The notes under the pieces: model-generated
Databases searched by the model: none
Told to the model about the DNA's origin: nothing
The model's input: the letters and a program-made list of their open reading frames with translations, nothing else
Source: Chrysomallon squamiferum
Lineage: Eukaryota > Animalia > Mollusca
Assembly (NCBI GenBank): GCA_012295275.1
Contig: CM022677.1
Coordinates: forward strand, 3,596,001-3,660,000
Length of the DNA: 64,000 bases
Direction of reading: 5' to 3'
Translations under genes and position numbers: made by a program
In this document: piece by piece, positions 25,601 through 39,697 of the stretch
How the letters are laid out: each line of letters opens with the position of its first letter
Position numbering within the stretch: position 1 is the stretch's first letter

Positions 25601-28033
25601 AATTTTCATGGTGTGTTTAATAATCACAATTTTGTAAAAAAAATAATGAATCAGGTTATCGGTTTATAATATATGAATCTTAATAACTAGTTAATCAACA
25701 TAATTCATATTATAATATTAGGTCTGGTTTTCTGTTTTGGTTTTGAATAGGATATGTAAATGTTTCATGTTCTCTCTCTCTTTCTCTCTGACAGACACAC
25801 ACAACTAAAAAGGTAAATAAACTGCTCTGCACACAAGAAGAGCTAATTCTGTGAGCTCACCACAAGAGAGAAATGTCATCAAAGAATATGGCAGAAAGGA
25901 GCATCTGTAGAGGTTGTTGTTATAGTAGTAGTACCCACCAATTAGACTCTGACCAGTGAGTCGTCCACTCTTTCGTCCAAGGTCAACATCAACTCAGAGT
26001 TGTGTCAAAGTTCTTCTGATGAACAGCTAGAGTCTCCAGTAGAGTGGACGTATTTGGTGCTGTGCAGCAGGTATTTAAATACATTATTTCCATTTTATTT
26101 CAGTTTTAAATATTTCTTCAGTCTTTCACAAAATTCTATGCAACATATTTTTTTCTTGTACTGAATTAAGCAGCATACAGTGAAATATAACACATTTGTG
26201 TTTTTGGAAAATGATGCATTGAAATTTAATAGTACAGAATCAATGTAAATCTTATAATAATTTGTGTGCCAGCCTAATAGATTAGTGAACAGAACATTTG
26301 TATAAATTTGTAATTTGATTTTATTAATATCTCACTCTAATTTGAAATACATACATTTAATACTTTATGTTGTAGGGTGAAAGATATTTACAATAGTTTG
26401 AAATTTGGTATACAGATGGAATTTTGGTTGATTTGAAAGTCGTACAGATGCATAGCATAAATTGGCTTGAAAGATTTAGGTTTTGCTTATTTTGTTATTT
26501 GTTATTTTTGCATGTGTAATGTTTCTTTGTTTTAAATACATTTTAAAATAGACGTAAAGAATTCATTATTGTAACTATTAACTGAATGCATAGGATAATT
26601 GTGGTGTATTTATAATAAAAATATATTTTGTTAGTGGCAAAAATTAAATTATATTAAAGAGGCAGGAAAGATGTTTTAATTAATCAAATGATTTGTGATT
26701 AATAATGTAACTATAAAGGTTGTTAAAGATCAATTAATGATTGTCAGAATAATTTCAAATGTGTTTTCATCATGTTAGTATATTAGTATTTCAAGTTGAA
26801 CTAGTATTGGAAGATTTTCTTACTGTCTACTGTGATAGCTATATAAGCTTAAAATGATTATTTACTTAATAATCTCTTTTTCTGGTGTATTGCTATTTTA
26901 ATCATTTTATATCAAAGTTAAAAAATAATATTAAACTGATTGAAATTAAGAATATAAAAAGATTTAATAAATTATTTTTATTATTAAAATTGTGTGGAAA
27001 AAATAAAAATGTGGACTAAAATTCTTCTTGCTAAGACAGTGAAATGCAGTTAGAGCTGACAAAACAATTCTACTTCCACTTTATTTTATGTTTAGTTTAT
27101 TAATAAATATTAATTTTGTTGTAGGATCCTGGACAACAGTTCAGTTGAAAATGTTGTAAGACCCATTTTCAGAAAAGGTTCACTAGAGCACCAGAATGCT
27201 ATTACATCACAGTCTTCCCTGTCCAGAGAAAGCTCAACACTTTCAAGAGAAAATCTGTCTGAAATCTAATTTGAATTTCAAAAACTCAGTGACCTCCAAG
27301 AGACTGCATTGTCAGTGTGATCAGAACACCCAGTGTACACATTGTACTTCATAGCAGCTTGCACTGTTTTTATGATTGATGTGTGCATGGTTATTTTAAT
27401 TTGTTTTATCTCTGAATGAGGAATGGAGTTTCATCATTGCTGTGGAATGCTATGTTTGTGAAGAAAATAAAAATAATGTGCATAGAAGTGTTCATTCTTT
27501 TAATCATCTAATTTTTATATTATTTAAATCAGGGGAAATCAAGGGTTTGCTGGGGTAATCAGTGTGCAAATATATTTAAAATTACGTAATTAGTGGTATT
27601 TAGAATTTTTTATATAAAAAAATAATAATAACAGGTATGACAAACAGATTGTCTTTTAAACTTATTGACAGTTCAAACCTTTTTTTGCAAATAGTTTTGT
27701 ACAGTACATCGTTAAAGATGTTTAACAATATTTATGACTAACATACAACGTGTTTGTAATTTAATTATTAATAAATTTTGCTGATATTTTATGGATCAAA
27801 TTGTGGAAAGAAAATTTGTTAAATGGATGTTATTATTGCATAGGTAAACTTCCGAAATGACAAAGAACCTGATACTATAAACCATTTTTGTTTTCTTTAG
27901 ACATATGGTGTGTGAACTTGTAACTTAAAACATTCTGTATGTCATGTACAAATTATAACAACTATGTTTTGTCAATTTATATTTAACATAGGATTATTTT
28001 CAAATAAGTTGAAACATACATATTTATTATTAT

Positions 28034-28081
<48 letters not shown>

Positions 28082-29254
28082 TGGTATCTGTCTTGCAGTG
28101 TGGGGCTGAGTAATATCATCTCATCAGAGTGACAAAAAGTGCAAGACTTTTTATTTACAATCTTTATTCACATCCATCACATCAGTACCCACAACAAACA
28201 TAAAACATAATAGCCAGGCATTGCCTTAGCAAGCATTAGAGCTTTTCCCTAAAACACAGCAGCAAACATACTGAGTTCATTGATGGACGTAAACAACTTA
28301 TTTTGCACATCTTTTTTAAAACATAATAAGCATAATGTATATTTATGTTTTAAAAGATATTCTTTGAAACCTAATTAAAGGAAGATTTGTACCAGCCATC
28401 CATCTTTTTTACCTTAAAAGTACTAGTAATATGTGGTGTTCATAAAACAAATATTTATGAAATAATGTTGAATAACTGAATTAACAAAATTATGTACCGA
28501 ATAGTTTGAACTTGCACAGTTTATCAGGCAAGCATGTGGTGATTGCAGTTCACAGACTTGAAAAAACAACACTTCTTGTGTGCTCAGTGCAGTTTTTTTT
28601 GTAAACTTCTTATGGTTTTAATGTCAGCCTGTTCATATTTCATTGAACTCATTCCTTAACAAAGAACTTAACAAAAGTAACTTTAAATAACTACAAATTG
28701 TATCAATAATGTCTGATAATTTGTTAATGACATTACTGTTTCAGTAACAAAACTAACTCACAACATTCATTTCTGTATTACAACAAACAACTTTAAATTT
28801 CAGTGTTATTTTAAATTGTTCATGAAAACAGTTCAGATTACAGTGTGTTTACATAACAATTTTGCCTGCACTTTTTTAATAGAGGTGACGATTTTTTAAG
28901 ATTATTATTAACATCAATGTTGTAAATAAAAATGTAACTTATGACATCTTGATATTATTTAACCTTGCAAGTAGATACAAGAGGTAAAAAACTTTTAAAA
29001 ATGCCTATGAAAAAAATTGAATGTCTTCCACATTATTATTATTACTACTATTATTATTATTATTATTATTATTTGTTAAGATGGTAGGGTTGCAATTTAG
29101 AGGTGAGAGACTAGATTAAAATGAATTTATTCACCATATTATTGACATTTACAAGTGTATCTTTCATAAATACTTGAAACTTTAATACAGATTCTTATTA
29201 TTAAAAATAAAGTAAAACACAAATTAACTTAGTTAAGAATATAAATAAATAAAA

Positions 29255-29285
<31 letters not shown>

Positions 29286-30324
29286 AGATCCTTCAGTATT
29301 TTAGGCATACACAGAACCTCTGCCAGTGAGATAAAGTGTCATTGCTGCTTTATTATCAATATTTTCTGTTTTATAACAAAATTACTGAAGTTATAATTAC
29401 AGCTACACCTGCACTTAACTCTACAGTCTGAGAGGTAGATAGGTAGGTGGATAGATAGATAGACAGACAGACAGACATAGACAGTAAGACAGATATACAT
29501 ATAGATAGATAGATGGATAGACAGAGAGATTAAAATGACCAATAAAAGAAAAGATGTTAAAAGCGAGGTTAATATGATATTATATTATAGCGCATATACA
29601 AACATCTTCTTACAAGTTCATTTGCCTATGAAATGTAAAATGTCTATATCTATATCCATCCCTAGCTATCTTCAGTGTATCTATTTATCTATTTTTTAAC
29701 TAGATACATATCAACTTATGTATATAACTATTATTTAACTATACTCAGCAGTCTTATGATGTCATTAATACTCTTTCGTCGCTTCATTCATTGAAAAAAT
29801 ATATATTTCTACGTGATTTCTTTTTGTTATTTTGTTCTTTTTTAATATTTTACTTGACACTCAGTCTTTATTGTATGGTTTTTCCAACGTGTTAAATAGA
29901 GTTATTTCCCGTAGACCACAAACTTCTGAAATAGATTACTCCGCATATGTGCGATGCGACGGTAAATTAGATTTAAAAGAACTAATTGTGTATAATGTTT
30001 TGTAACAGACAGCACCAGCTTAATAACATTCCTTGCGTTTTCTTTGTCTTCTAAATAACCAGTTTCCTTTAGTTTTGGTTTATTTAATATGTTATTATCA
30101 TTTATTGAATTATTTTATTTAATGTTTTTATTCAAGTTAATTTATTTCTTTTCGATTTGTCTCTTTACAAATTGTTTTTATATGAAATTTGTTGTATATT
30201 TACGCATATACAATACACCATATTTAGGACAATATTTGAAAGGTATTTAATAAAACTTCATCTAATTTACAAATCATAAAAAGTTAAGAAAATAGACGTA
30301 AAATAGTTGAAATTGGAAGTTCAA

Positions 30325-30430
30325 AAACCCGAGCAGACGGTTTCCGAGCGATCACGGAAACTTCCGATCGAAATCCAAAATGGCAGCGTCGAACGCCAAT
30401 CAGTGTTTACAAACTTTTAAACATCCAATC
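30325..30430 (+). promoter_or_regulatory. CpG-rich core-promoter-like patch
   Basis: CGGAAA/CTTCCG ETS-like sites, YY1-like CAAAATGGC, CCAAT boxes; exon-like blocks downstream (~31215-31351, 31539-31582). Confidence 0.45.
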
Positions 30431-30656
30431 AAGTCTATATGGATTATTAAAAGTAATTTGAGAAAATAATTAATATAACTAATGCCGTTTATATGTATAT
30501 GCCTATTATAGAGCAGTAATTGTTGCAAAGGTCGAAACCAATTTTTGTTTTAATAATTATTTTCTTGGAGGGGGGGGACTTTGACGTCATACTATCTCGT
30601 GCCCATTTCGTACTAGATTTTTATTTTCCAGATATTATTTTGATGTCTCCAGCCAG

Positions 30657-30687
<31 letters not shown>

Positions 30688-31637
30688 AATTTTCACTGAC
30701 GCTGGTGGATGAATATTCTCATTAGGCACATAATGTGAACACTTACTTTGCTAAAACTCCATAGCGGACAGTACTGAGTACGTACTTGTAAAACAATACT
30801 TGAAACCATTATATCTTTATTTTAATATTTATTTTCATTTTCAATAAATTACAGGTGGTGTTTACGTGGAAAAAGAAAACTGATCGCGTGTTATACAGAA
30901 AGAAAGAAAACTAGTTCGGCTTTGTTTATGAATGCACTTATTTTAAAAAAATGAAAAAAGCTGTCCTAGTGTCATTAAAATTTAGAAACACACACACACA
31001 CAGACACACACACACACAGACACGCACACACAGACACACATACACACGCACACACACGCACCCGCACACACAAATACACACACAGACACATACACACACA
31101 CAGACACACACACTGGCATTCAGAGAAATACATACAGTAGATAGTGTTTTGAGCAAACAGTTTCAAATGAATACTTGTCTCACTTGTCTTAGTTTGTCTG
31201 TATGTTATTTTCAGTTTTGTTTCTTTGTTTTCTACTTCAAGGGTCATGGACGATGCTAGGGTACAACCATTGTGACCTTTGCTCCCAAGATTAATCACAG
31301 ACAGCAAGTCGTGACAAGTTACTTATTACTCAGATACAAGGATTAGAGTAGGTAAATTTTTACTTTTTATTTTTAAAAACCTCGTACTTTATTCATAGAA
31401 ATTGTCAATGGAAGTTGTGATTTGTCTCCCAAAAGTCTAAAATACAATCACTAAGTGTATATCAGGGGTGATATGTAAAAATACTTTGTTACTCTATTTG
31501 AGATTTGTTAAAGATGTGTGTTTGTTTTGTGTGTGTAGAAAAAGAGGTGTCATCACTGTTAAATCTGTGAAACAATTTTGAGGTAAATATTTATACATTC
31601 TGCATAGTTACTTACTGATGTTCAGTACAGCCATTAA

Positions 31638-31738
31638 ATGTACCGGTAATACGTCACTAAAGCCCAGACAAAAACCACCACCAGTGATGTGTACCGGTAA
31701 TACGTCACTAAAGCCCAGACAAAAACCACCACCAGTGA

Positions 31739-31740
<2 letters not shown>
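31638..31740. repeat. 51-bp tandem duplication followed by a (TG)n/(GA)n microsatellite to ~31902
   Basis: tgtaccggtaatacgtcactaaagcccagacaaaaaccaccaccagtgatg occurs twice. Confidence 0.9.
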
Positions 31741-31770
<30 letters not shown>

Positions 31771-31818
31771 TGTGTGTGTGTGAGAGAGAGAGAGTGTGTG
31801 TGTGTGTGTGTGAGAGAG

Positions 31819-31888
<70 letters not shown>

Positions 31889-34419
31889 TGTGTGTGTGTG
31901 TGTTTATTTAGTCTTCATTGTAAACATTTTTCCATTTACACAGTTAACTATATACAAACCTTCTAAGATATAGAACTATTTACATCTATATTTACCTCTA
32001 CATGAGTACCCCCAACCCCTTTATCCTTTAGGATAAAACTTGGCCGCAGGTGACTAAAACTAACTAATAAGCAAGGACCAGCTGGAGACACACCTAATAC
32101 CCTCGTGACAGAGAACACGGCTCATCAGTGCTACCTGACATACATGGTTGGCTGCTTTTACTCCTCCTGACCTTTAAATCAGAGAGTGGGCGAGAGCCAA
32201 GGTTACCAATCTCTAGCTGCCCTAAATAAACCAGCCCCCTCGGCAAAATTCACAAGTCATCTTTGGCCCCAAAAATCAAATATATCTACATTACCTGAAC
32301 CTGCATAATCAGTAAATTTAACCGTGGGCTGAACAACTTCCCTTTGTCCCAGAAGGTGGAGCGGATTCCTGTGGCAGACTCGAGTGAATCTTTAACAGTA
32401 CCCTGTTTCCCTACAGTTCAGTAGGTGAACGTTAAGCTGGGCCATTCACCTCCCCGAGCCGTGTACCACACAACTGACTGTATTTTCCTCGAATTAAATG
32501 AGATTATTAAGTTTTACAAATAATCTGTATTATACAACACAGATCAGTGAGTACTTAAAAACTGCTCACCTAGGTAATGGAGAGACGTTTTGGTGCCATT
32601 TTGGAATTCATCAAATTTTAGTATGTTGGTTTTTAAACATAAATTTCCAGATAACTGTATTCTGCTGTATTGATGTACTTTCCATGTTGGATAATAATTA
32701 GTGTTTTGTTATCGCTGGATAAATTAAGAATGAGTTTCACAAATTTCACAGTCTGGAATTTCGACTATAGTTTTCCTTAACAATGATTTTATACATTCAC
32801 TTGAAATTATTTCCTAAGTGAAATATTCAGTTCACTGGTGTTTAAAAAAATCTGAGCAACAGAATAAGACAAAGGTAAAGTTGACTAAAATAAAAATGCT
32901 GATTTAAATGTATGATTACCACAGCTACAGAAATAAAAATGAATTATTGACTCCTTTCTGTCCATGATGGTTTCTCCATAATGTCTGAGTTAATTATTTC
33001 ACTAACAGAACTTTGTGTGTTTTGTATTTGGACTAATTCTTTACTGTCACATTTTGGAAATGGAATTTTTTTCTTTAACTTTAAAAAACAACAAAAAACA
33101 ACTAAATATATATATTATATATTTCAATTTATTAAAAATATTTTTCTACAAAATTAAGAAACAAAGCAAAAACAGTTGAAGTAAAATATTTGTATTGGTT
33201 CAGGTTACGTTTATGTGAAAAAAATTATTTCTTTTAATATTATCTTTATGTATCAAAAAATTATTAAAACATCTTAAACAAAAATAATAAAACAATATTT
33301 GTATCTATTTTGTACATCCAACACTCATGCCATAATCTATATTTAATATTTCATACACACTCTTAACTTTGCCAAAATCTTCTTTTGATTAAAATCTTTG
33401 TTCACTATTTACTGCTTTCATTGGTATCCGAAATGTCACATTCATTTTCAAAGATTCACATCTGACGTAACTGGTATATTTATCCTGCATTATGAGTAAT
33501 AGGTGTAACTGTAAACATTAGTCACCGAACATTACAGTATTCACATCTTTATATTACTCTGATTTCAAAACAAAAATAAATAAATAAATATGATAAATAG
33601 GTTTCTGTTATATTTACATACAACCTAAATCTCTTTTTCCCACCTAATTAGTTAACACTAATTACAGCATGTCAGATTTTTTTATTAATAACTTAATTAA
33701 CGTTTATATTTCTATTTCTGTGCGTTTCCTCATATTTTGTTATTATTGTAAAGTATTTTTTTTATTTGTTAGGTGTTGCGATAGCGTAATAAAATATTCA
33801 CACAGAATATTAACAGATTACATGTTACCCTTTTGAACTAGTACTCGGTTTTTATCTAGCGATAGAAAAAGAGAGAGAAAAACAACAACAATATAAAATC
33901 ACATATAAAGGAATATTATGTCAGTATTTTGTCACGTTTACATATATATAAACACACACGAACACACACAGATTGTCATTAATAATAATATAGGTAAAAT
34001 TCCCACATTGCCTGTATTCCAAGTGTTAGCAACAAGTTCTATTAAATTCACAAAAACTGAAAAGATTTCAAACATCAGTTATGTGAAAATTACCTGATGA
34101 GCCACTGACAAGCTTTGATCCAGCAGTCGTCCGCATGTTACAGTTTTGAAACGGTTAAGCTTGTAATTAGTAATAACAGAAAATAAATACATAAATAACT
34201 GCTTTTGTATTATTGTTATCTTCAGTTCTTACTTTTGTTGTTGTTATTTATTTATTTAAAGTTATTTTTGTTTTCATTATTGGGATAATGTTTGTTCAAA
34301 ATTCGTGAAAAGATCTTGTTCTGGCACGACACCCAGCTGGTTCAACGATCATTTAGTGTTCTGGGTGCTGAGTTCGTACCCAGCTGGTTCAACGATCATT
34401 TAGTGTTCTGCTGCTTGTT

Positions 34420-35475
34420 GTCAAACTGGTTGTGCGAGTTCGTAGTGACGTCACGCTGCTGACACGTCAGTCTTGTTGTCAGGGTGTGCAAGCTGGTTGT
34501 GCTTCGTAGTGACGTCACGCTGCTGACACGTCAGTCTGGTCTGGGTGCTGCAAGAGTTCGTAGTGACGTCACGCTGCTGACACGTCAGTCTCGTTGTCTG
34601 GGTGCTGCAAGCTGGTTGTGCGAGTTCGTAGTGACGTCACGCTGCTGACACGTCAGTCTCGTTGTTGTCAAGCTGGTTGTGCTTCGCGTCAACACGCTGG
34701 TTGGGTGCTGCAAACTGGTTGTGCGAGTTCGTAGTGACGTCACGCTTCACGTCAGTCTTGTTGTCTGGGTGCTGCAAACTGGTTGTGCGAGTTCGTAGTG
34801 ACGTCACGCTGCTGACACGTCAGTCTCGTTGTCAGGGTGCTGCAAGCTGGTTGTGCGAGTTCGTAGTGACGTCAAGTCTGTTGTCAGGGTGCTCAAAGCT
34901 GGTTGTGCGAGTTCGTAGTGACGTCACGCTGCTGACACGTCAGTCTCGTTGTCTGGGTGCTGCAAGCTGGTTGTGCGAGTTCGTAGTGACGTCACGCTGC
35001 TGACACGTCAGTCTCGTTGTCTGGGTGCTGCAAGCTGGTTGTGCGAGTTCGTAGTGACGTCACGCTGCTGACACGTCAGTCTCGTTGTCTGGGTGCTGCA
35101 AACTGGTTGTGCGAGTTCGTAGTGACGTCACGCTGCTGACACGTCAGTCTCGTTGTCTGGGTGCTGCAAGCTGGTTGTGCGAGTTCGTAGTGACGTCACG
35201 CTGCTGGCACGTCAGTCTCGTTGTCTGGGTGCTGCAAACTGGTTGTGCGAGTTCGTAGTGACGTCACGCTGCTCACGTCAGTCTCGTTGTCTGAGTGCTG
35301 CAAGCTGGTTGTGCGAGTTCGTAGTGACGTCACGCTGCTCACACGTCAGTCTTGTTGTCTGGGTGCTGCAAGCTGGTTGTGCGAGTTCGTAGTGACGTCA
35401 CGCTGAAGTCACGTGCTCGCTGGTTGTGCAAGTTCGTAGTGACGTCACGCTGCTCATACGTCAGTCTTGTTGTCG
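34420..35475. repeat. 68-bp CpG-rich minisatellite with CRE palindromes
   Basis: Unit gctggttgtgcgagttcgtaGTGACGTCACgctgCTGACacGTCAGtctcgttgtctgggtgctgcaa (34966, 35034...); 16 TGACGTCA sites counted. Confidence 0.95.
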
Positions 35476-35650
35476 AAATTTTACACGAGTTTGTTCTCAA
35501 TCAATTCTGCGACAAACGACTACCGTAAAGCTCTTAATAATCAACTTGTTACTCGAACAGGGTGCGTCATTCCTTTGTTACGCACAGGTAAAATAATAAC
35601 TCAGTTTTTGTAAATAAACGTTGGTTCAAGAACACGTCGTGGTATGAATT

Positions 35651-35693
<43 letters not shown>

Positions 35694-35980
35694 AAGAAAG
35701 AAAGAAAAAAGAAAGAAAGACAAAAGAATCGGTCACGAAGCAAAAGCAAAGTTCGTAGTCGATAGCAACAGTTTATTTTGAAGTGCACACATAGTCTGTA
35801 CATATTAATTAATGTATTCGCTATTGCAAAGATTCACCTGTACTTTGAGTAACAGGATTTAGAAATAAGATTTAAGAGACCTACATTCAGGTGTGTGTCT
35901 CTGTGTGTCATAATGAAAATAAAGATAAAAAATAAAAAATAAATAAATAAAAGGTAAATTATAGTACTTACCATTTAGCT

Positions 35981-36288
35981 CACTGGTTTTCGGACTTTTT
36001 CATACCGCGACCCCTTATGAGCAATTCAATATGACAGATGACCCCTTTAAAAACATTTATCAATAATACCTGGGGTTACCATATTTTCATCAACCAAAGA
36101 CAGTTCAAAAGGAATCTATATTCACTGAGACGGATCCCAAACCTATCTACACGTTTTTATGTATTCCTCCTTCCAAGTCAAGTTGAAAAAATCTAAACCA
36201 TACCCTCGCTCAAGAACGATCTCGCGACCCCCAGAAAAAAGTCTGGCGACCTCTCTGGGGTTCGCGACCCTCAGGTTGAAAACCTATG
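35981..36288. mobile_element. Non-autonomous Buster-type hAT MITE (308 bp)
   Basis: Degenerate TIRs cactggttttc... / ...gttgaaaacctatg; subterminal cgaccc repeats; TSD ATTTAGCT / ATTTAGTT (7 of 8 match, central TA). Confidence 0.85.
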
Positions 36289-36322
36289 ATTTAGTTGTAG
36301 TAGTAACACTGACTAATAAAAG

Positions 36323-36324
<2 letters not shown>

Positions 36325-36400
<76 letters not shown>

Positions 36401-36487
36401 GATAATAAAAGATAATAATAATAAAAACAAAGATATAAATAAATACAAATACAAAAATATATATATATATATGTGTGTATATGTGTG

Positions 36488-36519
<32 letters not shown>

Positions 36520-36603
36520 TGTATGTATGTATGTATGTATGTATGTATGTATAAGAGTAGTAGTAGTAGTAGTAGTAGTGAGCAATAATAATAATAATAA
36601 TAA

Positions 36604-36634
<31 letters not shown>

Positions 36635-36660
36635 AAAAAATAAAAAAATAATAAAAAAAT
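36325..36660. repeat. Compound microsatellite (AAT)n/(ATGT)n/(TAG)n/poly-A
   Basis: Direct reading; explains the ORFs at 36284-36746. Confidence 0.95.
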
Positions 36661-37552
36661 ATAGGTATTTTAAGACGGTGGTAGTTTGTCTGATCATTAT
36701 GTTTTGAATTCAGGCTGCTGGAAATAAATGACGAATGTATACACACCTCATTTCTCTGTATACATCTTGAACAGGACTACAAATTCTTACAAAGAAATAC
36801 GTGCTTAAACCTTTGATGGTGGAATAACTGACACAGCTATCGGATTATTAACATGAAGTATAAACAGAGCTGTCAGAAGTATTTAATCTGTTGTTTAAAT
36901 ATTCTGTATGCATGATAGTTAAAAATAAACTTGATGTCAGTGCAAATTACTATTATTACCGTTTACTTTCTTACTGCTAAATTATTATTTGATCACTGAT
37001 GCACGGAAATTGAGCAGTTAGTTCAGACTTGTGTAGCTGGTAGAGATGTTCAGTCTCAGTTTTTCTTTTACTTCTTTTTTTTTAATTTTAATTTTTATTT
37101 AAAAAGGACGTAAAACGTCTTGCGCAGTGGAAATGTTAACGTAGCTTTTTAACCCGGGCAGACGTAAATTCGAAAGGTCGCGAGTCGACGATCGTCTGCA
37201 GTGTCTAAACTAAACCAGATAACTCTTTGACAGTACCGGTAGAGTTCTCTCCCTTCATTTATTCGAAAATAATCTTTTTATCACTGATCGGCAGAACTTC
37301 AACTTTTATGAGAAGCTTTTGAAATCAGAAACGAGATCTGCGTCACCACTTTTATTATGTCCTGTGGGTTTCTTCTGTGACAGCTCTAAAAATGTATTTA
37401 CGGTCTGTTAGATTCAACTATGAATGTAGTTTAGCATTTTGAATGTTCTCTGTCTTGTGTACGTCTGATTAGACTCTGCACATAGACAATATTCGGGAAC
37501 GCACTGGCGCATGAGGACAAAGACCAATCACGACCTCACAAACCCGTCAGAT

Positions 37553-37633
37553 GCCGCTGACGAGACTCGAACGTATGACACCCATTCACCCGCGCTCCGA
37601 AGGCGGACGATGTAACTGTTCGGCCAACGAGAA
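37553..37633 (-). pseudogene. tRNA-Arg(TCG)-like pseudogene or SINE head
   Basis: Minus strand: A box TGGCCGAACAG, anticodon arm CCGC-CTTCGGA-GCG, B box GTTCGAGTC; acceptor stem not convincing. Confidence 0.55.
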
Positions 37634-38105
37634 AACTGAAAACAAGTTGCTCAGTAACCGAGGTAATCATCGCTTCCCACGAAGCACGCCGTTCTTTGTC
37701 TTTCGTCATTTCTGCGTGAATCTATTTTTTGTGGGTAACTGGGCATTCGCAAGTATGTAGTTTAGGATTTTGAATATTATGTGTATGTATGTGTGTGTGT
37801 GTATTATGTATGTATTTATGTATGTTTGTTTTCTATTCTATCAACAATTATCAATTAAGGGATTATTATTATTGACTAATTTATTTCATAATAATTGCAG
37901 ATATGCTGTGTATTATTAATACTCGTTCAGTCTAATTATAAACAAATGGATACATGAGAGAGAGAAATAATGTAAAAAAAAAAGAAAGAAAGAAAGAAAT
38001 ATAAAACAAATTCAATAAATAAATAAGTAAGTAAGTAAGTAAGTAAATAAATAAAAAAATAAAAAAAAAAGTAAAAAAATAAAAATAACCAAAGCAACAT
38101 CAAAC

Positions 38106-38488
38106 GATTTAAATTATAAGGTTAGACTTATATGAATCTGGAGAGAAAAGACAGAGAGACTGTTAATAAAACAAACACTAAAGAAAGAAAGTTTAAATAA
38201 AGATTTAAATTAATAAGGTGAGACTTCTGTGAATCTGGAGAGAAAAGACAGAGAGACAGTTAATAAGAAAACACAAAAGAAAGAAAGTTTAAATAAAGAT
38301 TTAAATTAATAAGGTGAGACTTCTGTGAATCTGGAGAGAAAAGACAGAGAGACAGTTAATAAGAAAACACAAAAGAAAGAAAGTTTAAATAAAGATTTAA
38401 ATTAATAATGTGAGACTTCTGTGAATCTGGAGAGAAAAGACAGAGAGACAGTTAATAAGAAAACACAAAAGAAAGAAAGTTTAAATAA
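38106..38488. repeat. 96-bp tandem repeat, 4 copies
   Basis: gatttaaattaataaggtgagacttctgtgaatctggagagaaaagacag... at ~38106, 38202, 38298, 38394. Confidence 0.93.
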
Positions 38489-38659
38489 CTTGCCTGCAAC
38501 CTGCGCTTTTGAATCTGCTTTGTATTTGTCACGTGCTATGGTAGGTGTACCCTTAAATAAAATAAATCAGACTTACCACATGTTTGAACAGAATAAGATC
38601 AAAGAATAAATACAGTAATGAGCTGGTATCAATCCTCTTCTAAATAAATAAATAAATAA

Positions 38660-38790
38660 ATGAAAATTATATGAATGAGGTTAAAAGGCTTCTTGAACAA
38701 TGGTCAAAATGTTCTTTCTCACCTCTAGGAAAAATTACTGCAATCAAAATTTTAGTTTTATCGAAAGTTGTTTGTTTTTTCTTCACTGAC
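38660..38790 (+). mobile_element. L1/Tx1-type LINE ORF2 fragment
   Basis: EVKRLLEQWSKCSFSPLGKITAIKILVLSKVV resembles the post-RT W..R.LS..GKIT.IK.L..SK motif of L1/Tx1 elements. Confidence 0.65.
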
Positions 38791-39697
38791 AGTAACAATA
38801 ACAATAATAATAATAATAATAAGAAGAAGAAGAAGAATGAAATAGTGCCATCAGCTCCATATTAAATGATGTAAGTTCTTTATCTTCGTTGTAATCATAT
38901 TTCATGTCTAGCAATATCTAACCTGTATAAGGCATAGTTTACATTTTTATAATAAAACCAGACTTTTGTATTCTTATAAGTTATAAACGTCTTCGTTTTG
39001 GTCATAGTATTTCTGAATTATATACTTTACGTACATAATGAACTGAAAAAAGACTGCAATGAATATGAATGTTAATATAACAGACTTCTTTTAAAGTTTT
39101 AATAATAATAACCATATTTATTTTTTACAACCGGAATGACTTAAGAAGTTTGTTAACATTTGGCAAAAAAATAAAATCATCTTGAAAGATAACTGATATT
39201 AAGATACATTTTATACCAGCCCTGATATTAACCTTAACCCTAACCGTAATACTAAACCGATTTATAACAATGAAACATTTATTAACAATCAAATGTAACT
39301 TTCATACACATATATACAAAGTTATACATAAATAGCTTACTACTTTTGGAAATGTAAATATAAAATAAATAAATAAATATAACATTCTGAGAGAAAGAGA
39401 GAAAGAGAGAGAGAGGGACAGACAGACAGACATACTCAGACACTCGGATATGTACACATAGAAAAAGTACGTAAAAATATCTTATTAATATATGCACTTA
39501 AGACCTTCTGGCTCTAACTCTGCTTAATTATTATGCAGACGACACAAACAGAAATGGAATATTCAACTCTAAATACACACTTGCCAGTGCTATGTTTCCA
39601 GGAAAACAGATACACACAGAAATAACGAAAGTCAAAATACGGCGAGCTTTGTGGGAAGCGGTGATTACCTCGGTTATTGGGCAGCCTGTTCAAGGTT

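Larger units (their letters stand above)
21599..27269 (+). pseudogene. Spliced gene, copy C (inverted paralog of copies A and B), with Tigger in an intron
   Basis: Exon 21599-21694 matches 47492-47402(-); exon 22293-22393 matches 3922-3811(-). Exons 25946-26070 and 27125-27269 splice in frame (TLTSESST...VLCSR|ILDNSS...NLSEI*); AATAAA at ~27466. The 21599 exon has a frameshift and a stop. Confidence 0.55.

Noticed and set aside
34093-34125. Hammerhead ribozyme core CTGATGAG (also minus strand at 32121-32128)
   Set aside because: No stem II closure followed by GAAA is visible.
34662-35406. Cys/Trp-rich ORFs in the CRE array
   Set aside because: The 68-bp unit shifts frame each copy and introduces stops; not a coding repeat.
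39230-39255. Interstitial telomeric CCCTAA repeats (also ~58488)
   Set aside because: Only two or three degenerate units.
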